A DNA stretch of 64,000 nucleotides from assembly GCA_044450345.1 (NCBI GenBank), contig JBIOIY010000001.1:128001-192000 (forward strand). Reading direction: 5' to 3'. Shown here piece by piece: positions 29,916-40,463 of the stretch (positions are counted from its first letter, which is position 1; every line of letters starts with the position of its first letter). Source of the DNA: Thermodesulfovibrionales bacterium. Lineage in GTDB: Bacteria > Nitrospirota > Thermodesulfovibrionia > Thermodesulfovibrionales > UBA6898. The notes beneath the pieces were generated by a model. That model saw only the letters and a list, made by a program, of their open reading frames with translations. It was not told the DNA's origin and ran no database searches. A program made the position numbers and the translations under genes.

Positions 29916-30710
29916 TTACTCCTTCGTACCGGCCTTCTGCTCCCATGTTCCAAATCCTTTTTCCATGAAGGGCCTGATCAGATCTATCGGCACAGGGAAT
30001 ATGATCGTCGAATTTTTTTCCGTAGCTATCTCTGTAAGTGTCTGGAGAAATCTGAGCTGTAATGCTCCGGTTTCCGTTGCGATAATCTTTGCAGCATCCG
30101 CAAGTTTTTGAGATGCCTGGAATTCGCCCTCGGCATGGATTATCTTCGCCCTTCTCTCCCTTTCTGCTTCAGCCTGTCGCGCGATGGCCCGCTGCATTTC
30201 CACCGGCAGGTCAACGTTCTTCACCTCGACAGCGGAGACCTTTATGCCCCAGGGCTCTGTCTGGAAATCGATGACCTTCTGGAGTTGCGCATTCAACTCT
30301 TCTCTGTTCGAGAGAAGATCGTCAAGCTGGCTCTGGCCGAGGATGCTCCTCAGGGTGGTCTGGGATATCTGCGATGTGGCGTAGTAGAAATCTTCAACCT
30401 CTGTTATCGCCTTGATAGGATCGACAGGCCTGAAATAGATGACGGCATTTACCTTTACCGTGATGTTGTCTTTTGTGATAATGTCCTGCGGAGGCACGTC
30501 CATCGTCACTGTACGCAGGCTTACCCTCACAAGCTTGTCGATTACAGGCCATATGATTACAAGTCCGGGTCCCCTAACCGGAATAATCCTGCCAAGCCTG
30601 AAGACAACGCCCCTCTCGTATTCCTTGAGGATCTTGATCGCGCTCGTAAGGAAATACACAATCACCACAACGACAAAAATAAATCCGGTAAACTGCGGCG
30701 AAAAAATCAT
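29916..30710 (-). CDS. Slipin/stomatin (SPFH domain) protein
   Basis: [37 protein letters not shown]. Confidence 0.94.
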   Translation of the reverse strand: MIFSPQFTGFIFVVVVIVYFLTSAIKILKEYERGVVFRLGRIIPVRGPGLVIIWPVIDKLVRVSLRTVTMDVPPQDIITKDNITVKVNAVIYFRPVDPIKAITEVEDFYYATSQISQTTLRSILGQSQLDDLLSNREELNAQLQKVIDFQTEPWGIKVSAVEVKNVDLPVEMQRAIARQAEAERERRAKIIHAEGEFQASQKLADAAKIIATETGALQLRFLQTLTEIATEKNSTIIFPVPIDLIRPFMEKGFGTWEQKAGTKE

Positions 30711-32053
30711 AACTGGACCTCCTTTTTCTTTACCTTGATGGTTAATCCCGATACGGAAACGACCGAAACCGCCTCCCCCTTTTTAATTGTCTCATCCGAA
30801 TAGGCAGACCATATCTCTCCCCGTACTTTCACAGTACCCCCATCAGCCGTTATGTCCGACGACGCCCTCCCCTCCTGACCGACAAGTCCTTCGCTGCCCG
30901 TTACGGGCCTTCTTCTGTATGCCTTATAGGCAAGGCTGAAAGTAGCGGTAAAAAACATCGCCGTAAAAATAACCACCGGAAGGATAAGATAGAGAGAAAG
31001 CTTGAACATAGGTTCGGGAGATTCAAAAAGCATCAGAGAACCAATGACCATCGAGATGATCCCGCCGATAGTCAGGACACCATGGGAGAGGACCTTGATT
31101 TCAAGAACGAACAAGACCAGCCCCAGGATTATAAGCAGAAGCCCGGCGTAGTTGACAGGCAGAGTCTGGAAAGAATAAAAAGCGAGGATGAGACAGATCG
31201 CACCGGCGACCCCCGGGAAGACCGCACCAGGGTTCGTGAGCTCAAAAAAGAGACCGTAAAACCCCAGCAGCATAAGCATGTAGGCCACACTCGGGTCGGA
31301 GATGAAGTTCAGGATCTTGTACCTCACGCCCATCTCTTCGGTCACGACCGCAACGTTCGCCGTCCTGAGCGTCTTTTCTCCCATGACCGTCATCACCCTC
31401 CTGCCGTCAACATCCTTAAGCAGCGAACTCAGGTCCTTGCTGACGATGTCTATGACATGTTCCTTTAATGCCTCTGTTTCGGTAATAGAGACGCTCTTGC
31501 GCACCGCGTCTTCAGCCCACTGCGCATTTCGACCGGACCTCTCCGCCAGCGACCGGATATACGCAGCCGCGTCGTTGGTAACCTTTTCCGACATCGTCTT
31601 GTCCATCTTTTCTCCCACTGATACCGGATGGGCCGCACCGATATTGGTCCCCGGCGCCATAGCGGCAACATGGGCTGCGAACGTAATGAACACCCCTGCG
31701 GACGCATCCCTCGCCCCGCTCGGATATACATACACAATGACCGGTACGGAACTACTTATTATGTCCTTCACTATACTTCTCATAGATGTATCGAGACCCC
31801 CCGGGGTATCGAGTTCGATGACGAGGGCTTCTGCATTCATTGCCAAGGCCTCCCGTATACCCTTCCCTATGAACTCCGAGGAGACTGGACTGATCGGACC
31901 GCTCACCTTGATCGCAAGGACCTTTCCCTGCGGCCCGCCTGAAAAAACAGGCGAGAGGAGGACAAGCAGCCAGATACACAGAAAAAAAAGAAGTGAGATT
32001 TTTTTCAGCGTGCAGAAACCGGTAGGGTCATTCTTTAAGGGCCTTTTCTTCAT
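30707..32053 (-). CDS. nfeD: NfeD-family membrane-bound serine protease
   Basis: LDTPGG, ASAG, GAAHPV, TM region, C-terminal OB fold (GEIWSA); paired with slipin. Confidence 0.9.
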   Translation of the reverse strand: MKKRPLKNDPTGFCTLKKISLLFFLCIWLLVLLSPVFSGGPQGKVLAIKVSGPISPVSSEFIGKGIREALAMNAEALVIELDTPGGLDTSMRSIVKDIISSSVPVIVYVYPSGARDASAGVFITFAAHVAAMAPGTNIGAAHPVSVGEKMDKTMSEKVTNDAAAYIRSLAERSGRNAQWAEDAVRKSVSITETEALKEHVIDIVSKDLSSLLKDVDGRRVMTVMGEKTLRTANVAVVTEEMGVRYKILNFISDPSVAYMLMLLGFYGLFFELTNPGAVFPGVAGAICLILAFYSFQTLPVNYAGLLLIILGLVLFVLEIKVLSHGVLTIGGIISMVIGSLMLFESPEPMFKLSLYLILPVVIFTAMFFTATFSLAYKAYRRRPVTGSEGLVGQEGRASSDITADGGTVKVRGEIWSAYSDETIKKGEAVSVVSVSGLTIKVKKKEVQL

Positions 32054-32139
32054 CTTCGTTTGCTACCCAAATATTAGCACATCGGGTTATTCTATTGTAT
32101 ATTTGGAACAGGTAGTTGCGAGAAATATCTCTAGTTCCA

Positions 32140-32169
32140 TTGACAGAGAGGCCTCTTTTTTGATATAAA
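32140..32169 (+). promoter_or_regulatory. Sigma70 promoter for tRNA-Asn
   Basis: TTGACA-N18-TATAAA with an extended -10 TG. Confidence 0.6.
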
Positions 32170-32211
32170 AATAGGTTATCTAAACGGATAACTGCTTCTG
32201 TAAACCAATTT

Positions 32212-32287
32212 TCCCGGGTAGCTCAGCTGGCAGAGCAGGTGGCTGTTAACCACCCTGTCGGGGGTTCGAATCCCTCCCCGGGAGCCA
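32212..32287 (+). tRNA. tRNA-Asn (GTT)
   Basis: Acceptor stem TCCCGGG/CCCGGGA-G-CCA, D arm GCTC..GAGC, anticodon arm GGTGG-CT-GTT-AA-CCACC, T loop GGTTCGAATCC. Confidence 0.97.
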
Positions 32288-32520
32288 GACCAGTCAAGGC
32301 TTCGCAACAATGTGGGCCTTTTTTATTCGGTGCTTGAGCCATTATACAGAAATAAGACGCTGTGAAATGGCTCAGCACAATCCTTTTAGGCTCTCGATAA
32401 TGTCTAATAAAATTGTCCCCAGTTTGTCCCTGATAGATTTCAGACCCATCAGTTTTCAGAGAATGCCTTTTAACTCAGAAATATCCCAATATCCTCATTT
32501 CTCGGGTGTATTATTATCAC

Positions 32521-33084
32521 ATGTTGTTAGAATCTTTCGTCAAGACATATGGATATTGGGCGCTGCTTATCGGGACATTTCTTGAAGGGGAGACCATCCT
32601 GATAATCGGAGGAATCACGGCGCATTTGGGGTATCTCGATCTGCCGAAAGTAATGATGATCGCATTCATCGGGAGTTTCACTGGCGATCAGGTCTATTTT
32701 TGTATAGGACGTCTGAAAGGAAGGAATTTGATCGAAAAACATCCGAGATGGCAAAGCCGTGTAGACAAGGTCCACCTACTCCTTAGGCGGTATCACGATG
32801 TCATCATGATCGGGTTTAGATTCATTTACGGGATGCGTATTATGACCCCTTTTGTCCTCGGCATGAGCAAGAATATTAAAACACTTAGATTTGTTGTATT
32901 CAATGCCCTGGGAGCTATGATCTGGGCGGTCGTAATTTCATGGGGTGGATACCTTTTCGGCTATGCGATAGAGAACGTCATAAAGGATGTCAGACGTTAC
33001 CAACTCGAAGTAATGCTTGTCGTCGCCTCTGGAGGGCTGATACTATGGGGAATTCATGCATTCAAAGAACGCAAAAGGAAATAA
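32521..33084 (+). CDS. DedA family membrane protein (YohD-like)
   Basis: GTFLEGETILI, GDQVYF.IGR, FRFIYGMR, FVVFNALGA.IW. Confidence 0.9.
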   Translation: MLLESFVKTYGYWALLIGTFLEGETILIIGGITAHLGYLDLPKVMMIAFIGSFTGDQVYFCIGRLKGRNLIEKHPRWQSRVDKVHLLLRRYHDVIMIGFRFIYGMRIMTPFVLGMSKNIKTLRFVVFNALGAMIWAVVISWGGYLFGYAIENVIKDVRRYQLEVMLVVASGGLILWGIHAFKERKRK

Positions 33085-33199
33085 GTGTAAAAGGAACTCC
33101 TTCTTTTCCGGAATTGAATCCTTTTCGCTACTGGATATGCTATTCTCTTTCCTCATCTGGACAAATTTGCGTTTTATCGGGAAGCACGTTTAGCCATCA

Positions 33200-35068
33200 T
33201 TATTCATTTAGGTACCAGGGAACATTCACTATTACGATACGCTGATTGCCTTCGATCAGAAGAAGTGCAGTCAAGATTTCACCACGCTGGTTGTGTAAAA
33301 AGCGCTGATACCAATGACGTTCCACCAAGGTCGGCACGAGTACAGCGATCTGGCGATCCGGGTGAGTCCGTTCAAGCTCAAGGACGTAGTCGAGAATGGG
33401 CGCTATAACATAACGGTAAGGTGATTTGAGCACCACTAACTCGGGTGTGGGTAACCCTGCATTTCGAGCGGGCACCTCGACGTAATCAGCCCATTTCTTA
33501 GCTAAATTTCCGTCATCTTCCTCAGAATCAATGTGTACCGCAACTATATCGTGGGAAAGCGTGAGCGCGAAACGGACCGCCTTCTGCGATACACTATTCC
33601 ATTCATCAATAGGTACTACTACCAATGGCGAGCGCAAATTTACGGTAGACAGCACCTTGGACCCGGCCACTGCCCTGGTTACTCGGCTATAGTGGTCCCG
33701 AATCCCTATCATCAATATGATAAGTCCTGGAATCAGAAGCAGCGTGATCCAGGCCCCTTCGCTGAATTTTGCACCGATTATAACTATGACCGTAATAGCA
33801 GTGACAATTGCGCCCACCCCGTTAATCAGCATGTTGCGCTTTGCATGTAGACCTTTTCTTCTCTTCCAATGACCGACCATACCGGCCTGCGATAGAGTGA
33901 AAGCCAGAAATGCCCCTATAGCAAAAAGCGGAATCAAGCGGTCGGTCACTCCATCAAATATGATCAGCAGCGAACCGGCAAAGAACACGAGAACATATAT
34001 TCCGTACGAGTAGACCAACCTACGTCCGCGAGTGGCAAATGAGTATGGCAAATATCCATTCTGGGCTACCGCACGGCACAGGCGGGGAAAATCAGCAAAG
34101 GCCGTGTTCGCCTGTAGTGCGAGCACAAAAAGGATGGAACCCATGGTGATGTAATAAAACCAGCCCCTGCCGATGATGGCACCAATCAATTGAGACAACA
34201 CGCTTTGATAACCGGTTTGTCCCGGCTCTGTGGCGCCAATTCCGTACGCGTTGCAGAGATAGGCAATGCCGGCCAGAAGCAGCATCAGGATGCCGATTAT
34301 AATCGTCAGCGTAAGGCGGGCAGATTGTCTCCGTGGCTCTCGGAACGCCATCACCCCGTTACTAACAGCCTCGACACCGGTCATGGCAGTGCAACCGCTC
34401 GAAAAGGCCTTCAAGAGAAGCCACAAGCTAACGGCCTCCCGTGCAGGCCCCAGATTCGTGGCATGGAGCACTGGAACAGGGTGACCACCGCTAAGAACCG
34501 TCTTCCAGACGCCAAGTGCGAGGGCAGCAAAAAGGCACACCACAAAAATATAGGTGGGTATTGAGAATACCACACCGGTATCCCGTACTCCGCGCAGATT
34601 CACAATGGTAATCACAGCGAGAGCGGCCAGACAGATATAAAGCGTGTAGGGCTGCGAAGTGGGTAATGCCGATACCAGCGCACCGACACCAGCGGAGATA
34701 CCCACGGCTACCACCAGAACATAATCAATCATCAAGGCTGCAGCGGCGAGCAAGCCCATGAAGGTCCCCAAGTTCTCGCTGGCGACCGTGTACGATCCTC
34801 CACCCGAGGGATAAGCCTGAATTGTCTGGCGATATGAAAAGTAGACAATCCCGAGCAGCAGGATAATGCTGCCGCTTATGGGAATAATATAATGTACTCC
34901 TGCTAATCCGAGCGGGATAAGGATGGTAAGGGCCGCTTCCGGTCCATACGCAGCCGAACCCAATGCATCAAGGCCAAATATCGGGATACCAGCCACAGCA
35001 GTGATTCTTTCTGTACGGTCTTCGTCGGAAGCGAGTGGCCTGCCAAATAAGAAATCAGTCAGGGACAT
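33200..35068 (-). CDS. APC-superfamily transporter, YdaO/KimA-like (candidate K+ importer)
   Basis: LFGRPL, DALGSAAYGPE, YPSGGGSY, MTGVEAVSNG, ANTAFADFPR; cytoplasmic tail SPYR..FLHNQ. Start ATG 35068 chosen from the family N-terminus. Confidence 0.85.
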   Translation of the reverse strand: MSLTDFLFGRPLASDEDRTERITAVAGIPIFGLDALGSAAYGPEAALTILIPLGLAGVHYIIPISGSIILLLGIVYFSYRQTIQAYPSGGGSYTVASENLGTFMGLLAAAALMIDYVLVVAVGISAGVGALVSALPTSQPYTLYICLAALAVITIVNLRGVRDTGVVFSIPTYIFVVCLFAALALGVWKTVLSGGHPVPVLHATNLGPAREAVSLWLLLKAFSSGCTAMTGVEAVSNGVMAFREPRRQSARLTLTIIIGILMLLLAGIAYLCNAYGIGATEPGQTGYQSVLSQLIGAIIGRGWFYYITMGSILFVLALQANTAFADFPRLCRAVAQNGYLPYSFATRGRRLVYSYGIYVLVFFAGSLLIIFDGVTDRLIPLFAIGAFLAFTLSQAGMVGHWKRRKGLHAKRNMLINGVGAIVTAITVIVIIGAKFSEGAWITLLLIPGLIILMIGIRDHYSRVTRAVAGSKVLSTVNLRSPLVVVPIDEWNSVSQKAVRFALTLSHDIVAVHIDSEEDDGNLAKKWADYVEVPARNAGLPTPELVVLKSPYRYVIAPILDYVLELERTHPDRQIAVLVPTLVERHWYQRFLHNQRGEILTALLLIEGNQRIVIVNVPWYLNE

Positions 35069-35294
35069 ATGCCAGTCTGCCTTTTCGATATTTTGGTATA
35101 AGGAGCATCTGAATTTCTCCGGCAAATCTTCCAAGGAGAACTGTACATCCAATTCTCCTCAGCAGAGTGCCTCTCTTATCGTTACAGATTACACGGAAAC
35201 AGTCCATCGTTCAACTGACGAATGCTGCAATTAATTGAGTCCACCCAAAAAGGAGTGGACATTGCCAATAAATTATGCTGGAACGATTGAATTC

Positions 35295-36194
35295 CTAATG
35301 AAGCGTTTGGAGTTGAAGCCGACTCTTTTCATCATTCCTCTTATAGGCAAGATAGTCTTCTTTTCCCATTTCAAATAGTTGTTTTTTGTATTTTGTTGTA
35401 AGATCATACCAAAGTGTCAGTTGCTTCTCAAATCTCTGATCTGGCGGACTCCCAAGTGCATCCAGATATGCCAAAATAGCCAAGTAATATCGCATGACAT
35501 TTCGCTCCTCCGCACCTCTAACCCCGGTTACATAGGTAGCATTGCCCTGTTTATCATTGACAACGGTAAAGCCGACTTTGCCTGGACTAAAAAGCCAGAA
35601 ATAACTTTTAATCTTGAAATATCCGAATGAACTATAGCCAAAAAAGTAATGCAAGCGCATAAAAGTTGTGTTTTCATTAAGGGGTATAGCCTCAATCTGA
35701 AACTGATGATCCCTTGTGCCAAAAGGCCCCTCATTGGCAGCAAGTGAAATTCCAAACTGTTTTTGCTGTTGATCAACTGCAAACTTAAATTTTATTGGAA
35801 ATGCACTTTCAATCGGATCAAAATATCTATTTACCTGGTAGACGGTCAGAAGCCACTCAGTGTCAATCTTTTTATAAGTGCAGGCTCTTATGTTGATTGT
35901 AAGCATAAAGATATCGCAAAGCTCAGATGGCACCTGAAGATCTTTTTTTACGATGTCAAAAGGATGATTCACAATGCCATAGATATCTACATGCGAAGAG
36001 TTGCTATCCACAAATGATTCCATATGAACGGGAAGCCCGAAAGAACTTGTTTTCAGTTCAGATTCAATCTCGTGAAATTTTTCTAAAAGGGGTTTGTTTA
36101 CTTGATGCAATTCTCCTGCAGTGGCACTGTTGCCCCATATGGCAAATAGTAGCATTATGACTGTTAGGCATTTACCCATAACTTGTCGATCCAA
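35295..36194 (-). CDS. Hypothetical exported protein
   Basis: Signal peptide; GPFGTRD and GVRG..ERNVMRYYLAI segments; upstream sigma54-type promoter. Confidence 0.75.
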   Translation of the reverse strand: MDRQVMGKCLTVIMLLFAIWGNSATAGELHQVNKPLLEKFHEIESELKTSSFGLPVHMESFVDSNSSHVDIYGIVNHPFDIVKKDLQVPSELCDIFMLTINIRACTYKKIDTEWLLTVYQVNRYFDPIESAFPIKFKFAVDQQQKQFGISLAANEGPFGTRDHQFQIEAIPLNENTTFMRLHYFFGYSSFGYFKIKSYFWLFSPGKVGFTVVNDKQGNATYVTGVRGAEERNVMRYYLAILAYLDALGSPPDQRFEKQLTLWYDLTTKYKKQLFEMGKEDYLAYKRNDEKSRLQLQTLH

Positions 36195-36307
36195 GACTAC
36201 AATATATTCTATGATAATTGTCCCTTCTCGGAGTTAAATCCCCTCCTCTGCCGCTACGGGTAGTCCATCTCGATCACATTGGGATCGGTTTCATACCAGC
36301 AAGTATT

Positions 36308-36400
36308 AACAAGACTCGTGCCAATAGAGAAGCTATTGATTGCCAAGTACTTCGAGCAAAGTTCTCTCAGAGGAGTGAAAAAAAAGTATACATTTTCCGT
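36308..36400 (-). promoter_or_regulatory. Sigma54 promoter module 1 (-24/-12, IHF-like site, upstream GTATAC motif)
   Basis: TTGGCACGAGTCTTGTT on the minus strand; AATCAATAGCTT; GTGAAAAAAAAGTATAC 64 nt upstream. Confidence 0.65.
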
Positions 36401-36495
36401 ATAATGTGCCTCAGACCTTAATCATATGGGTTTTTTTGTTAAGATTCCTTATTATGGAGTAAGGTTTTAACAGCACTTATTAAAGGAGCAGAAAG

Positions 36496-37230
36496 ATTAA
36501 GAAAGAAATTTCTCAAAAAAGTCTATTCTGGATTAAGACATTTTTATTTCTTGTTGTAGTGGGAGGGCTCCCTCTTTTATTCTATGCGACAGGGCTGTGG
36601 CAGTTCTTTACAAATAAAGAACGAGTGCTGCTATTCATCGAATCGTGCGGCGTATGGGATGAAGTAGCGTTTATTTTTCTGCAGGCAGTTCAAGTTATTA
36701 TAGCCCCAATTCCAGGCGAGGTTTTAAACGTGCTTGGGGGATACCTCTACGGCACATTTTTCGGAGTAATTTGGTCCACATTAGGAACAACAATAGGTTC
36801 CTATATTGCCTTTGCCCTTTCTCGCAGATACGGAAAGCCCTTTGTCGATAAATTCGTAGACAAATACACGATGAAACGTTTCGACTACGTTCTTCATCAT
36901 AAAGGAACATTCATAGTATTCCTACTTTTTCTAATCCCGGGGTTCCCTAAAGACTATTTCTGTTATATCCTCGGTCTTGGCCGTCTTTCCACTACGGAAT
37001 TTCTCGCGATCGCAAGCGTCGGCAGGTTATTAGGAACTGTTCTGGAGACTCTGGGAGGGGACTATATTAGGCACGAGCAGTACCAGAGCTTATTCATGCT
37101 CGCGGGGGTTGCCATGGCAGCAGTATTTGTTGCAATGGTCTTCAAAAATAGGATCGAGAGAACATTGCGGGTTTGGCACGTGATAGAGTACAAAAAGAAA
37201 AAGCCGGGAGTAAAGAAGAAAGTTCCTTAA
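36496..37230 (+). CDS. TVP38/TMEM64 (VTT) membrane protein, paralogue of 29132-29848; probable ATT start
   Basis: QVIIAPIPGE, LIPGFPKDYFCY; AAAGGAG 7 nt before in-frame ATT 36496. Confidence 0.85.
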   Translation: MKKEISQKSLFWIKTFLFLVVVGGLPLLFYATGLWQFFTNKERVLLFIESCGVWDEVAFIFLQAVQVIIAPIPGEVLNVLGGYLYGTFFGVIWSTLGTTIGSYIAFALSRRYGKPFVDKFVDKYTMKRFDYVLHHKGTFIVFLLFLIPGFPKDYFCYILGLGRLSTTEFLAIASVGRLLGTVLETLGGDYIRHEQYQSLFMLAGVAMAAVFVAMVFKNRIERTLRVWHVIEYKKKKPGVKKKVP

Positions 37231-38132
37231 AAAATGAATTTAAGCCCGAACCCATGGTAATGAGTGAAGCCTCCCAGGTTCCCGATTAGGCGCACGCCCT
37301 CTTCGACGTCCACCTCCCAGGATGGCGTTATCAGATACTGGATGCCGCCATCCATGTTGTACCCCGCGCCCTCGCCCGGCCCGGTTTTGGTCTGCCCGAA
37401 GATCTCATCATAAAACTCGAGTTTAGGAATAGGCTGCCAGGTTGCAACAAGATTGGAAGTCAGACTTGTAAATCTCCTGCCTCCCGCAAGCCCCGGTTCG
37501 GTCTGCGAACTTACGCCCACTTGAAGCGAAAGTCCTATAGCAGCCGTGAGGGAATAAGTCAGTATGCCATTGAGGGCAGCCCCGAGTCCCTGGCTTCCAA
37601 ATGCCGCTCCGCCGGACGGCAGTGTAAACAGGGCCTCAACAGCGCCAAGCCACTTGGTGGTATACCCAATCTCGTGCTTGATCCCGGTTGTTACCGCTGA
37701 AAGACCACTGCTTGCGGGAGAGTAGCGCGCCCTCTGGCGATTGTAGTTAGGAGGCAGGAAGACAAATTCATTATTGCCCGGCAGTCCGATGCGCAACTCA
37801 GCCTCTGGATAATTGTCCGCGGTGCCGCCTGGCGCCCTCAAATAAGCGCGCTGCACATCAGTTTCCAGTATGACATGCCCGAATGGAACCACACAGGCGC
37901 TATCGGAGACAGTCGGACCGTCCAAAAGGGCAAGCAGCGCTGCGGGACCAGCGCAAGGGTTGGGTACGGCGACTTCAGGCCCTTCGGCGTACACATAACT
38001 ACACGGCGAAAAAAAGACAACGACGGCAAGAAAGGCCGTTATTGATATGAAGTGCAAATAAACAAGACTTAACGTCTGGCTCTTAATCGTATTTCTCAAA
38101 TTGAGATATGAAAGCCTTTCTTGATTGATCAT
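37227..38132 (-). CDS. Outer-membrane beta-barrel protein (SphA/MetA-like transporter)
   Basis: PTVSDSACVVP.G, amphipathic strands, C-terminal Phe; start uncertain. Confidence 0.65.
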   Translation of the reverse strand: MINQERLSYLNLRNTIKSQTLSLVYLHFISITAFLAVVVFFSPCSYVYAEGPEVAVPNPCAGPAALLALLDGPTVSDSACVVPFGHVILETDVQRAYLRAPGGTADNYPEAELRIGLPGNNEFVFLPPNYNRQRARYSPASSGLSAVTTGIKHEIGYTTKWLGAVEALFTLPSGGAAFGSQGLGAALNGILTYSLTAAIGLSLQVGVSSQTEPGLAGGRRFTSLTSNLVATWQPIPKLEFYDEIFGQTKTGPGEGAGYNMDGGIQYLITPSWEVDVEEGVRLIGNLGGFTHYHGFGLKFIF

Positions 38133-38207
38133 ATATCCGACAAAGAATAAGACATTTCAACTATGTCTACCATAAACTTTCTCAGATGGCAAATATCTGC
38201 CAGGAAT

Positions 38208-38816
38208 TTACCAGTCCAGCAACGGCCGCCGCCCGCCGGTTTCCTGAGGCACCTGTGTATTGTTTATGAACACATCGAATCTCACGATGCCCCTGAAATA
38301 TTTTTGGTTTCTATAAACAGGTTTACATTCCAAATTATTAGGCTCATTTCTTTTCAATGTTATTTCAAATTCTGTTCTATAATTATCTCCTGGCAAGGCG
38401 AAGAATATTTTATGAGCGCCTTCTTTGAGTCTGACCTTCTTTTCAAGGACATACCTCATACCTTCCCCGCAATCATGATTCATCATACAGAGCTCAAAAT
38501 CATTGTCTCCTTCTTTTTGCCCTCTCACATCCCACGTGACCGCCTGTCCATCCACGTTAAATAAAAAAGTATAGGTGGGTTTCCCGTGTGGCGATTTCTT
38601 TGATTCGAGGAGATACCGGCCTTCAAGGGGTGTCTTGATTTGTGCCATAACAACTAAATCAACAAAACCTTCCTGCGTTATATCGCCATCACGAACTTCG
38701 TGGAAAACATCCACACTTTCGCTTACAGATCGCTGCGCAATCTCTCTTGAAGCAATGCCGCATCCGGCAAGGATGATAATGGACAGCGGCAGCAATAATA
38801 GTAGAAATTTTTTCAT
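38208..38816 (-). CDS. Hypothetical lipoprotein
   Basis: Lipobox LAGC; GGAGGAG ribosome-binding site. Confidence 0.75.
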   Translation of the reverse strand: MKKFLLLLLPLSIIILAGCGIASREIAQRSVSESVDVFHEVRDGDITQEGFVDLVVMAQIKTPLEGRYLLESKKSPHGKPTYTFLFNVDGQAVTWDVRGQKEGDNDFELCMMNHDCGEGMRYVLEKKVRLKEGAHKIFFALPGDNYRTEFEITLKRNEPNNLECKPVYRNQKYFRGIVRFDVFINNTQVPQETGGRRPLLDW

Positions 38817-38927
38817 AGCTCCTCCACTATACAGTTATTACTTAACCCCTTCTGTTGTTTGTACAAATACCCTTCATCAATACTCCTCTTAATTTGTCCT
38901 TGATCATTGATCATCTTATCTATCACA

Positions 38928-40463
38928 TTACTGTCCAACCTTGGCGGACACGTCGGACCGGTTCCACCAGCCGCCGCCAAGCGCCTGAAAAAGCGCGATA
39001 GTGCCGGCGTAGCGATTGGCCAGGGCCTGCACGAGACTGATCATCGCTTGCTGATATGTCTGTTCGGTATTAAGCAGCGCCAAATAACCGACTTGGCCTA
39101 ATTCCAACTGAGAACGAGCGATGGCGAGACTCTTGGCAGCAGCACGTTCGGCAGCTAAGGATGCTTTCAGGGCATCGGCATCGGATTGAATTGCGTGCAG
39201 GGTATCGGCGACGTTCTGAAAAGCAGTGAGTACGACACTGCGATATTGCGCTGCTGCCTGGTCATAGGCCGCTTCCGCGGCACGTTGACGATGCAGCAAC
39301 GTTCCCCCTTGGAATACCGGCTGAGTCACATTGGCTGCCAATGCCCAAAATCCAGTGCCGGAGGTAAACAACTGACTGATTGCAGTTGCGCTGGAGCCCG
39401 CATTGGCGCTCAGAGTTATGTTAGGCAGACGGTTGGAGATACTGACACCAATCTCTGCACTGGCGGCGTGCAATTGTTCTTCGGCAAGTCGGATGTCGGG
39501 CCGCTGCGACACGAGCTTGGAGGGAAGGCTGACAGGGAGCTCTTGCGGCAAGTTCAGAGTTGAAAGGTCGAACTCCTCAATAAGCGACTCGCTTGGGAAA
39601 CGGCCGGCAAGGCGAGCCAGCAAGCCACGTTGTTGCGCTAATTGTTTTTCTAACGGCGGCAAGGTGGCCTGCACTTGTGCCAGCGCTGCTTCCTGCCCTG
39701 CTATGTCCCCACTGACAATCTGCCCCAATTCATATTGTCGTTGCAACAATTCGAGCGAGTGGCTCTGGATATCTATTATTCGTTTGGTTGCTGCGATTTG
39801 ACCCCGCAAAGCCGCCTCTTGTACCGCTGCTGCAACTACATTCGAGGTAAGCGTAAGATAAGTCGCTTCGAGTTGGAAGCGTTGCGAATCGGCTTGTGCC
39901 TTGAGCGACTCCACCTGCCTTCGAGTGCCGCCAAACACATCCGGCACGTAGGACACAGCAACCTGAGCAGTGTGAAGGCTAAAGATATCGCTGCCGTTGG
40001 CAAGCGGACTGGATAACACACCGGCAGTCTTTTGACGCGTTGGACTGAAATTGTCTGCGATGCTTGGAAAGAAAGCGCCTCGCTGTGCGTAGACGTTTTC
40101 CCAGGCGGCGCGCAGTGCGGCTTGTGCGGCTTCCAGGTCGGGGTTCGATTTGAGAGCTTGCTCAATCAGGTCGTTGAGTGGTTTCGAATGAAACAGCGTC
40201 CACCATTGACCGGGTATGTCCATGTCTTGCACAAAGTGCTGCACCTGGCCGCCCTTGACCTCTGCCGATGCCGTCTGCGAAGGCAGGGGTTGCGGCGTGT
40301 AGCGGTCGACATTAGGAGCGGTCGGCCGTTGGAAATTCGGTCCGACCGCACATCCGGCGATGAGAGCAAAGACGATTAACATCACAATAAGAGAGATCAC
40401 CCGGAATCGGAAATAAGTACGCAACGTTTCTTCGATCATGGCCAAATACTTGTCATTGTGCAT
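38928..40463 (-). CDS. RND efflux outer-membrane lipoprotein (NodT/OprM family)
   Basis: AGCAVGPNF, WWTLF, RPDIR.AE, LFQALGGGW. Confidence 0.93.
   Translation of the reverse strand: MHNDKYLAMIEETLRTYFRFRVISLIVMLIVFALIAGCAVGPNFQRPTAPNVDRYTPQPLPSQTASAEVKGGQVQHFVQDMDIPGQWWTLFHSKPLNDLIEQALKSNPDLEAAQAALRAAWENVYAQRGAFFPSIADNFSPTRQKTAGVLSSPLANGSDIFSLHTAQVAVSYVPDVFGGTRRQVESLKAQADSQRFQLEATYLTLTSNVVAAAVQEAALRGQIAATKRIIDIQSHSLELLQRQYELGQIVSGDIAGQEAALAQVQATLPPLEKQLAQQRGLLARLAGRFPSESLIEEFDLSTLNLPQELPVSLPSKLVSQRPDIRLAEEQLHAASAEIGVSISNRLPNITLSANAGSSATAISQLFTSGTGFWALAANVTQPVFQGGTLLHRQRAAEAAYDQAAAQYRSVVLTAFQNVADTLHAIQSDADALKASLAAERAAAKSLAIARSQLELGQVGYLALLNTEQTYQQAMISLVQALANRYAGTIALFQALGGGWWNRSDVSAKVGQ

Noticed and set aside
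35069..35290. c-di-AMP (ydaO) riboswitch upstream of the KimA-like transporter
   Set aside because: Only a short GTCCAC/GTGGAC hairpin is seen; the conserved riboswitch motifs were not found by eye.
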